Origin: Perkinsus olseni
Lineage: Eukaryota
Assembly: GCA_013115125.1 (NCBI GenBank)
Contig: JABANN010000265.1
Coordinates: 1 to 45,391 of the forward strand
Direction: 5' to 3'
Length of the DNA: 45,391 nucleotides
Shown here piece by piece: positions 35,094-45,391 of this stretch. Both the position numbers and the translations under genes were made by a program. The number at the start of each line of letters is the position of its first letter. The stretch's first letter is position 1. The notes below the pieces were generated by a model that saw only the letters and a program-made list of their open reading frames with translations, did not search any database and was not told where the DNA came from.

Positions 35094-37994
35094 ATGGTTC
35101 AGAGGCTCCCGGCAGTGGACGTCTATAAACTCCTCACTGCTGCGTATACAGGGCTGATGGCCTGTCTCTGCTCTTGGGCAGTCTTTATCATGCCCCATGG
35201 ACAGGGCGCGAACATGACGGTGAGCGGTAGTGACCATTGCAATTTCACTGCTCGATAGCTCCCTGCTTTGAATTGCGGATCTCATCTCCTTGCCAGGTAC
35301 TCGCTCCCATCTGGGCATTAGTGTCAGCCTTCCTGAACCTGAGTGCCAACTACGACCAGTCGCTGCGGTCGATCGTCGGAGCTCTCATCGGCCTCGGTCT
35401 GACTCAGCTCATCGCCCTCATCATATCATCTGCATCATCCTCTGGTTATAATGACTGGATCGGCGTGGTCGTATGCTTCCCCGTCTGCTTCTTTCTCGGT
35501 ATCGCGGACCCCGCCACAGGTTGCAAGATGTCCAAGGTCTTCCGTTCTGACGTTGCGATGGAGTCCATGTACATCCCTCTCGCCTTTCCCAATGGGCAGC
35601 CATTCTTGCACAGCTTGTTAACATCTGGGGCCTTCATCGTCGGCTCTGCGGAGACACTCGTTGCTACTACTATACTTAACGCGTTCAACTTGTTGCCGCG
35701 CCATGAGGTGCCTCCGATACCGTCCTTTGCGAAGAGAGCAGCTGACTACTACGAGACCCTGTCCACGTACTGTACTAGTGGTATGCAGCATGCTGGCTTC
35801 ATCGATCGACAGCGGGCGGTCTTTGAGGAAGCTTGGAGAGCGGCCTCGAGGGCTGCCCCGACGCCGGAGCTACGGAGCGTGATATACAGGATGGCCGCGG
35901 AACTGATAGCCCTTAGAACTACTTTGAGGGACGGCGCCTACAGCCCCGAAATCCTGGAGTACATCTGGCATCCGCTGGTAGCGAACATAGTAGAGCTCAG
36001 GCTGGAGACGGTATACTGGCTGCGTCGATCGGCAAGCCCGATTGGAGACGACGGCGCCATTCATGAGACTGATCTCGTTGAGCTCGGGAACCAGATGAAG
36101 ATTCGTCTGAACGAGCAATCGCTAATTTACGGCACAAAGGTTTTCTCCGGCGAGTCTTCTCTCTCTCCAGCCACCGACATTGTGCGCTTCCAGTTCGCTA
36201 TGTCGCTGATTGCCCGGTTTGCAATGCTATCGGATGATTTCCACAGATTGGTCAGGGAGTACGAGAAGTCACTTCCGGAGACTAAGGGATGGGTGAGCGT
36301 GAAGGCGTGGCAGAAAGGACGGGTCGGCTGGCTACACCACTTCCCAATCGAGAAATGTTTTCGCTTCGTGTGAATTTAGTAAGTGCCTCGGAAATTTGAA
36401 TGTTGTCAAGCCAGTTCCGTCGAGATTGAATTCGTGACGAAATTTGATTTAGAATATGCCGTTCTACATCGAAGTAGTCGAGATGTCATTTGGTCGAGAA
36501 TTGGTGTAGATGTAGATCACTATGAAATGTCCTTATGGCCTCGTTTATCAGATACACTGGCCGTCAAGGCTCCGCCAGTACTTCGTGGATTGTAAGAAGT
36601 ATTGGATCGACTGGTGGCACTTGCCGTTCTTCGCTTTTGGTAGTATGACGCTCACCCAGAGATTCATCCACCCATTGAGGCTTTCAATCACCATAACTGC
36701 CTTCGCCCTCCCCCTTGTGGCCTGGGCTCATCAAAACCCTATAGTGGAGATCTACGGCTTCTGGGCGCTAGTTCCGATACTCTTCTGTTTCCTTCAAACT
36801 CCTGGAGCGTCCCTGGTTAAGGGGACGCGGCGGATCGTTGGTACTATCCTGGCTGCGGCTATAGCGATCATCTGCGTGTCTGTTCACCCCTACTCTCCTG
36901 CTGCATTCGTGGTGGAGATGTTCGTCATCACCTTTGTCGGTAAACTGGGCAGCCTCTACCCGAGCATCGACTATGGTGGTACAGTCTTCGCCTTCACGTG
37001 GATGCTGGTGGGCATCATCCCAACACTTGGCGAGGGGGAGACGCGCGAAGATATGATACTGTGGTCTCTCTGGAGGGTTGCGATGACTCTGATCGGTACT
37101 ATCGGTGGAACTATAGTGTCAATGTTTGTATTCCCTACTTTCGCAATGGAGAAGCTGAATCGGGAGTCTGCCCACGAGCTGCTTGAGCAGGCCGATATGG
37201 TCGCACGAGCTTTGGAGCAGCTGTGCGCTCTCGAGAAAGGGCCTTCTGTGAATCCCGAGGACCGGGGAGTCGAGGGAGGGGACGAGTTCTTCAGATCGAG
37301 TGATACTCGCTTTGCGCTACTTCCCGACGCGAAGGCTGAAGCTACTGTCCTCAACAGGACTGCGTTTGTAGACGATACCAACCGGGCTGTCCTGACTGCC
37401 CAGGGAAAGATCGACCGTATGGGTAGGAGTGCCCTAGTCGCGCACACTACGTTGGCTGACTGTGCTCGGCGCTTGGGAGAGCCTTCGATATCGTATCTGC
37501 TGGAGCCACTCAAGGGTGATCTGTACAAGTTTGCAACAGCATTGAGGGACTCGGCATCTCAAGTGGCGTTGACCATACTGGATGACTCGTGGCGGCCCTC
37601 AGCCAGGAGTGGGAATAAAGCGGTCACGCGCGGCAGGTTGACGAGCAGTCAGGTGAATGTTGAGATGCAGCGAATAATAGACATCTTCGTCAAACGGCGA
37701 GAGGAGATGCTGGCCGGCGAGGAATGCGATATCGAGGGGTGGTCGCGAGCGGTGAAGTCGGGCTGCTATTCACTCTACCATGCCGTCTATACTTTGCGGG
37801 TGTTTGCCGATGACTGGGTCCAAATGGAGACTATCATTCTCGGCTTGGCCCCTATGGTGGAGATGAGGGCCCGTGCGCTGAGTGGTGCGTACGTCCCTGG
37901 TCCGAGCGCCCTGGTGTTGAAGACGCCACGGCATAGCACGCTGAGAAGCTTCACGGACGCCTCCTCTGAGGAAAACGCCCGAGATTTCGATTGA
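35094..37994 (+). CDS. ALMT/FUSC family transporter, copy 7, subfamily A (about 854 aa; exons 35094-35219, 35297-36292, 36552-37994)
   Basis: Phase-0 introns. Motifs GASLVKGTRRIVGT, FRSDVAMESMYIPLAFPNG. Confidence 0.88.
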
Positions 37995-38513
37995 GATTCG
38001 TGTAGGATACACGGTGCATTCCGATCTTGATACGTGAACTGGCATGATTCGTGATAAGACTAGCGTGTCATGGCGACTCCGTTTGAATAGGAAACGCCTT
38101 TCTTGTGTTTACCAGCGTTGTTATCATTATCATTGGTCAGACTTTAACGAGTTTCACTTCTGAAATTTGTCGAGTTGGCGCGACCGGGCGGGCAACGTCG
38201 GCTGCCTTGGCTGGTCGGGTTTCTAGTTTCGTAATTGCTTTCCGTTCTGATTAAACTCAGAAGATTCCACAGTCAGGTGATCTTCGCTCAGCCAAGTTCA
38301 GCATGGAAAATACTGATTGAACGGCGGTCGAGTTTTCTGGGGGGGGGCGGTGCGAGGGCCACAGAGCATTCAGTCTGGGGAGGAGTAGATGAAAGTTGTA
38401 CTAACAGGTTGGGAATTCACGGGGCTTAGTGGGTCGCCAGCCTCTGGGCGGCGCTCCTTTGTGTACCAAGCATGCGACGCTGTCGATAAAGTCTTGAACA
38501 TTGTGTGCTTAAG

Positions 38514-39032
38514 ACAGCAGTGACTGTGAGCGGGCTCCGTGGTTTCTTACCCGCTATGTTTGGTATACCGACTATACTGCCTGTTAGTTACCTTTTGCTA
38601 GATTCTGCAAACCCCGCGCTGAAAGTGCGTCCCACCCAACACTCGCAACTAAACTCGCCCACCCTTGCCAGAAATGTAGCCTGCGGCTCCAAATTGGTAC
38701 TGTCGTGGCCCCACCACCGACACACCCAATTTGGACAAGTAACTTCCCCCAAACCCCGCAGGCTAACATTCGGCACTCTATCCGAAGTCTGTCGCCGAGC
38801 TCGTCGAGGTCACCTTTGCCACACCGTGTACTACAATACTCATACAATCTATACAACCGCTCATCACCAGCTCTCCGGATCCTGCAGCCAATCATCCCCC
38901 GGCCTCGAAATCTCGTTGTGGTGTGAGCTGTGGCTCACAGCAGTGACTGTGAGCGGGCTCCGTGGTTTCTTACCCGCTATGTTTGGTATACCGACTATAC
39001 TGCCTGTTAGTTCCCTTTTGCTAGATTCTACA
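38514..39032. repeat. Pair of 96-bp direct repeats (38514-38609, 38937-39032; 2 mismatches) flanking about 330 bp; TRIM/mini-LTR-like insertion
   Basis: Direct comparison of the two copies. Both end in ...CA and there is TG just upstream of each. The spacer is non-coding and contains inverted repeats. Confidence 0.85.
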
Positions 39033-39201
39033 AGATAAATACGAGAGTAAGACAATCAGTGATCAGTTTCTACTACTATCGACTACTGTTATACTTGGTT
39101 TTCTCATCACTTGGGATTTGTCCGTACTCTCTTCGCCGGCCTCCGAGAAATCCTGTTCACGTTTTCGGCCCTTGGCAGTTTCTGTTGTGATTTAGTAGTC
39201 T

Positions 39202-41862
39202 ATGGTTGAACGACTTCCTTCAATACCCGTTTACAAGTTGCTTACGGCGTTGTATACGGGCGTGATGGCTTGCCTCTGTTCGTGGGCCATCTTTTTGGCC
39301 CCTGAGGGCCGTGGAGCGAATATGACGGTAAGGGGACGAGTGTCCGGTAGACCGCTTCAGCTTAGGGAGTGCTCAGGTACTCGCTCCGATCTGGGCATTG
39401 GTCTCTTCTTTCCTCAACATCCACGATAACTATGATCAGTCCTGTAGATCAGTAGTAGGAGCCTTTATAGGTCTCTTCTTCACTGAGTTGATCGCCATCA
39501 TCATAACGGCCGGCAATACCGTCGAGTATTGTGACTGGATCGGTGTCGCTGTGGCCTTCCCAATTTGCTTTCTGATGGCATTGGGGGATGCAGCGACAGG
39601 CAGCAAGCTTTCTAAAGTGTTTCGTTCCGACGTGGCCATGGAAGCCATGTACATCCCCATTGCCTTTCCCAACGGCCGCCCGTTCCTGCACGGGGCTCTC
39701 ACTGCCGCGGCTTTCATGGTCGGCTCGGCGGAGTCCTTTATTGCCACTAGTATCCTCAACGCGTTTAATCTTCTTCCTCGGAAGGACATACCGGCGTTGC
39801 CGGCTTTTGCGAAGCGCGCTGCTGATTACTATGAAACACTCACGGCGTATTGGACGAGCGGTATGGAGCATGCTGATTTCATCGATCGACAAAGGAAGGT
39901 ATTCGAGGAGTCCTGGAGAGCGGCCTCTAGGGAAGCGCCGACGCCGGAACTTCGTAGTGTTATCTACCGTATGGCGTCGGGCTTGATCGCACTGAGGGAT
40001 ACCATGAACGATGGTCGGTACAGCGAGGATATGCTGGAGCATATATGGCACCCGCTCATGCCCGATATCGTTGACATGAGACTGGAAGTTGTGTACTGGT
40101 TGCGGACGACTGCGAAGCCTATCAGGGATGACAAGGAGATCGAGCAGACGGACCTCATGAACCTGGCGACCGAGTTGAGTAGCCGGCTGAGCCAGGCGTC
40201 CATCACCTACAGCGAGAAAGTCGTCGAGGGGGAGTCCTCGTTGTCGCCTGCGAACGATATTGTGAGATTCCAGTTTGCCATGTCCCTGATCGCTAAGTTT
40301 GCGATCTTGTCTGACGAGTTCTATAATTTAGTTCGCCGGCAGCAGAAGGAGGAGGCACATTCTCTAAAATGGGTAAGTACCTTCGATTCATTTTCACCGT
40401 TCATTCTTGTTCATTTCAAGCCCTTTGCTGGTTCTAGTGCCCTTCGTGCATAGCGAATGGTCTTCCTTTTCAGTATAACTGGGGAGGACGATTCTGTCGT
40501 TATATGAAGGAGTGCAAGGAGTATTGGATCCATTGGTGGCACCTGCCCTTCTGGGCCTACGGCAATATGACTCTCAGGCAGAGGCTTGTGCATCCGTTAA
40601 GGCTGTCTCTCACCATCACCCTATTTGCTTTCCCCCTAGTGGCTTGGGCTCATAAGGAGAAGGTGGTGGAGACCTTTGGGTTCTGGGCCTTGGTGCCCCT
40701 ATTGTTCTGCTTCCTGGGTACTCCCGGTGCCTCCTTGGTCAAGGGTACCAGGCGTATCATTGGTACCATCCTCGCTGCCTGTTTGGGTATGATTTGCATC
40801 GAAGCCAACTACAACAGCGTCCCTGCTTTCATTGTGGAGATGTTCGTTATCGTGTCTATTGGTAAGCTTGGTGCCCTCTACAGCAATATCGACTACGCCG
40901 GTACTGTGTTTGCATTCACGTGGATGCTTGTGGGTATTGTTCCTACGTTGGGCTCGGAGCCGACTGAGAGCGATATGATAACCTGGGCACTGTGGCGTCT
41001 GTTGATGACTCTGATCGGTACCCTCGGCAATATGGTCGTCGCCACGTTCGTATTCCCGACGTTCGCCTTCGAGAAGTTGAACGGTGAGACGGCTCACGAG
41101 CTTATGGCCCAGTCTCAGTTGGTGTCGATGGCGGTCGAGCAGCTCTGTGCTGTAGAGAAGGGTCCATCGGTGAACCCTGATGACAAACGCATAGAAAGCG
41201 GCGATGAGTTCTTCAAGTCTAGTGATTACCGATACCAGCTCCTACCTGACGCCAAGGCTGAGGGGCTTGTTCTGAACAAGACCGCCTTCATTGATGAAAC
41301 CACACGCGCAGTGATAGGATCCCAGTACGATATTGATATGATGGGCCGTTCTGCTATGGTGGCGCATACTAACATCGCCGATTGCACGCGCCAGATCGCC
41401 GACCCGACGATCTCCCTGCTACTGGACCCTCTCCGTGAGAGCCTCCATAAAGTGGCGGTAGCATTGAATGATTCATCATCTAAGATGGCGCTGAAGATAC
41501 TTGACCAGAGCAAGAGAGGACATAAGGATAGCGGCTCCTTTGAGCTTGCTGATCAAAGCAGCCAGGTCAACGTCGAGATGCAGCGGGCCTTGGATATTTT
41601 CGTCGCCAGGAGGGAAGTCATGCTCTCGGGCGAGAAGAAGAATCTTGAAAACTGGGCCAGTGCCATTCAAGGCGGCCTCTACGGTCTCTTCCATTCACTG
41701 TACACGCTGCGGGTGTTTGTCGACGAGTGGGTTCATATGGAGACTAGGATCTTGAACCTCAAGCCCGCTACCCGTAGGTCTCGTGCACTCACTGGTGCCC
41801 CGCAGGAGTTGGTCCGTGATATCTCCAAGGCCACTCGACATGGTTCGAGAGATAAGCTCTAA
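39202..41862 (+). CDS. ALMT/FUSC family transporter, copy 8, subfamily A (about 836 aa; exons 39202-39327, 39377-40372, 40474-41862)
   Basis: Phase-0 introns. Motifs GASLVKGTRRIIGT, FRSDVAMEAMYIPIAFPNG. Confidence 0.88.
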
Positions 41863-42425
41863 GTAACTATGTCGCATCTACGTCTCTTGCATGTTCCTCG
41901 GTTTATCGTCTCAATTTCCTAAGGAGGTTCTCCTCGCACTTAAGTTTCTCCCAGTTCCTGCTCACTGTATAGTTGATCTTTCGTCGCCTTACTAAGTACC
42001 TCATATCGTTCGCTGCGGGGTCATTTCACTCAGCATCAGATAAGCGAAGTATTTCGCGAGCTCCCGCGAGCTCTTATTCGTGGAGTAAAAAAGAAGCTGA
42101 GGCGAACCTTTGCTATGTCGAAGTGCGAGTCCTGGACGGCTCAAGCCAGTCTTGGTCTATTGATCTATACGCGTGTTCATGGCCTGGTCCGCTTCACAAT
42201 CAGTGTGTGACTAATACTATTGTGTCGATTCTTGGTATCGTCCACTCGAGCTCGTTCATCGCCGAGCTCGATCCCTGCCGAGTTAACATTCATTTCCTCG
42301 CACGGTCTTGTCGCGTTGAATCTCTCTTTTCGGACTTTCTTTAAATTTGTGGTGCCATGCATGGTCGGGTCAGAGTAATTTCCACCGTATATGCTCCTGT
42401 TGTTCAACCAGATTGTTGTGGATGT

Positions 42426-45217
42426 ATGTCGCGGAAGACTCACAGCACTCCAACGTCTTATATCCTCCCTCAGTATTCCCAGTATCGAGTGCTGTTGGCG
42501 GCATACGCCGGGCTAATCGCGTGTATATGCGCAGTCCCACAGTTTCTCCCCACCATGCAGGAAACTCTGTTGCAACATTTATATGTAAGACAATAGCTCG
42601 TTTTTGCCGCCGCTCTCTACGAATTCTCCAATCGTCTTTTGCACTGTATCGGGGTTGGAGGTACTCCAGAACAATTCTTGTCCTAACGTACCGATAGGCG
42701 CGATCAATGATGGGTTTCATAACAGCTATCTTACTTCTGTCACTTTCATGCTTCAGGTCCTCGGTATCTTGTACGCCTTCATATCAACATCCCTGGATGC
42801 CAAAACGTTTATGATGCTTCCCTGGCGTATCATCCTCGGTGTACTGGCTGGCGCTGTATCAGGATACATTATTGTTCTGGTCGTGACTGCCATGGGTGGT
42901 GGGGTTTATAACCCTTTCTATGGAACTTTACTCATGTCTCCCTTCTTGTTAGTATTCAGTCTGGCCGAGCCGACCCTAAAGTGTAAATTCTCCCAACTCT
43001 TCAGCTACATAGCTGCCAACGTGATTATGGTATGTATCGTGAGTTTCTCCGGGCCAACGCCTCAGAAAGCCTTCGTCTCGGCCATGTTCGTTGGAATACT
43101 CTCTTTCGTGGTGCCGATTACCTTAACAACGACACTCAATGTGCTTGGGTTGCTCCCTCGCACGGCAGCTGAACCTATGGTCATGTTCGAGTACGCTCTC
43201 GGCAACAACTTCAAGTCGAATGCCTGCTATATACTGGACGGTGACCTCCATAAGCGAGAGCTTGATGAGCTGCGGCGAGCCCTCGTGACCGCACGCAAAG
43301 CCATACTGGCGAGTGTCACCGATGCCGACCTTCGACTGTGTATCTTCCAACTGACAAGCACGTTATATGGACTCCGACGGGCCTCCGGTTGGGAGCCCTT
43401 CAGCGAGGCGGCGGTGACACACCTGTGGGAGCCGATGCAGATGGAGCTGAGAAATCTGATGACCTTTGTGACCGCCGTGTTAAGACACGAGGTGGAGGTG
43501 GACGACATTCCTGATTTGAAATCCACGGCTAGGAATGCGCTCCTTCGAATCAAAAGGATAAGCATCGAATACACCCGAGCAGTGGCTGACCAGAAATCTG
43601 TTGTGATCTCGACAAGAGAGATGGCTCGGGTCGAGTTTGCCATGCTCGCTATTCCGAGATTTGCTATCCTTGTGAACCACTATTTCGAGCTCAAGGCTAA
43701 GCGGAGCCCCCCGAAGCCCTCCCTAATGAGATACGTAAGCCGTCGGATGGGCAACCGCTGTTGTTCTTTAGGCATAATTCTCTGATATTCAATATTGGTT
43801 TCTGTTCTAGGTACCGATTCATACTCCACTGAGGCACCCCATACAGTTCCTGGAGCAACCTATATGGCCACCGGGCACTTCTCTACGCGACAAGCTGGCC
43901 TTTCCTCTGAGGTTGACCATCTGCTTGACGCTTATGCTCGAAGCTACTCTAGCTGTCGGTCAGGTCTACCCCATCCTTCTTATTGAAGGTCTGTGGATCT
44001 GTCTCCCTGCGCTTACTTGTTTCTTGCCAACGGTTGGTCATGCTTTGGACAAGGGTTTCAGACGAATGCTCGGTGTTACTATCGGAGGCGTGGCGGCAAT
44101 ACTGATTGTCTACGTTAACCCTATGGATGTTCCTGCGGTGATGGTAGAGCTCTTCATAGCTGCGGCCTTGAGTAAGTTCTTTACCATGGACCCTACCATC
44201 GGCTACCTAGGATTCCAAACGACTGGCACCTTCTGTGTGGTCGGAGTATGCAATGCTCTCGATCCAACCCTAAGTGGTGGAGAACGGATGGAAGCAGCTT
44301 TATACCGAATGCTCTTCACGCTGATCGGATTGGTGATCTCCATCTTCCTCTCTCTGGCTACGTTCCCTTCCTACTGTGGACGCCGTCTGGCGATACAAAC
44401 CGGCAAGGAACTCTCTTGTGCCTCAAACATGGTATCGACTTTGATCAAGGGGCTGGCGTCGAGGAAGCATGACGGTTCGAAGGAACCGGAAGGTCAGCCA
44501 CTGCCCACTGTGTCCGAAGTGGGTGCAAAGCTTTTGAAGGAAGACAACTGTCGCGCAGCAGAACAGCGGTGGTTCCGCGAGGAAGCCACGTATTTGAAGC
44601 TTTTCAATATTTCTTCCACACGGTGCGCTGTGAAGCCCAAGTGCTTGGGTTGTGCCCAAGATGAAGTCACCAGGCTCAACCGAAGTGCAGTCGTGGTGAG
44701 CCAAATTATCTGGGGCTGCGATCAAAGAATGAGTGCGGCAACGGACAACTTCCTACTCGAGCCTATCCGACCTCTATTAGGAGATCTTGCGGAGCATCTA
44801 CAACGTTCAGCTGTTGAACTGGATCGTTGTCTGCACGGTGTTGTGGATACTGGGCCAGCGATCGAGGCGACAGGTGAGACTCTCGAGGCAATGCTCTACC
44901 TGAATGCCGAGTTCGATGAGAGCAGAACTAGGTTACTCTTCACACGAACTTGGGCGGCCAAGGGTGAAAAGATGGATTCAACTCACATGATCGAAGTTCT
45001 GAGTAGCGGTGGCGGCGTTGGCGTCCATGAGGCCATACACGCCATCAATGTCTTCGTGGAAGACTGGGTCGCAGTTGTCAATCAGCTACTGGGATGCCAA
45101 GTGAGCGTACCGCACGCACCAGTCGAGGAAAGTGTTATGTCTTTCGGGAGTTTCGACACTACTACTGGATCTGATGATGAAGGTGTTCGCAGGAGAGCTG
45201 AGACTTGCGCGTATTGA
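42426..45217 (+). CDS. ALMT/FUSC family transporter, copy 9, subfamily B (about 847 aa; exons 42426-42584, 42757-43734, 43811-45217)
   Basis: Phase-0 introns. Motifs FLPTVGHALDKGFRRMLG, YLGFQTTGTF, LLFTRTW..GGGVGVH. Confidence 0.88.
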
Positions 45218-45391
45218 GTCCGCATCCACTTCATGTTCTGTGTCCTATATCGTATTCCTCACACTGCCTCATCGATTCATTATGTGTTTCGGAGGCCTTT
45301 CTGTGTTCTCGATTTGTGCGTTTCTTGACACTGCGGTGGTGGAGTTCTGTGGGTTTGTTGACGTCAAGAGATTTTTCGGGCAGATACTCGG

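Noticed and set aside
38514-39032. Direct repeats as a CRISPR array or spliced-leader RNA genes
   Set aside because: There are only two 96-bp units in a eukaryotic context, and I see no match to the dinoflagellate/Perkinsus-type SL (CCGTAGCCAT..TGGCTCAAG) on either strand.
21400-43815. Transporter ORF pairs in different frames, read as programmed frameshifts or two-gene operons
   Set aside because: Every break is bridged by a canonical phase-0 GT-AG intron at the same protein position.

Overview
This is gene-dense eukaryotic DNA with many short (about 40-260 nt) GT-AG introns. The style suggests a perkinsid/dinozoan alveolate such as Perkinsus (inference, not verified). Left part (1-16.8 kb): the 5' end of a Ty3/gypsy LTR retrotransposon (gag, PBS, LTR; missed by the ORF track), BBS8/TTC8, a Gln-rich coiled-coil gene, and a long polycystin-2/TRP-like channel gene with an IQ motif that hosts an antisense tRNA-Thr(AGT) in one intron. 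These are followed by a zinc-ribbon/acidic protein, an mL53-like mitoribosomal protein, a 2OG-Fe(II) oxygenase, and a tRNA-like A/B-box element back-to-back with a GC-rich folded element. Right part (16.8-45.2 kb): a head-to-tail array of nine apparently intact, strongly diverged ALMT/FUSC (aromatic acid exporter) family membrane proteins of about 830-855 aa. Each has an internally duplicated architecture and conserved phase-0 introns. The array shows two interleaved subfamilies, one apparent gene-conversion tract and an inserted direct-repeat-flanked (TRIM-like) element.
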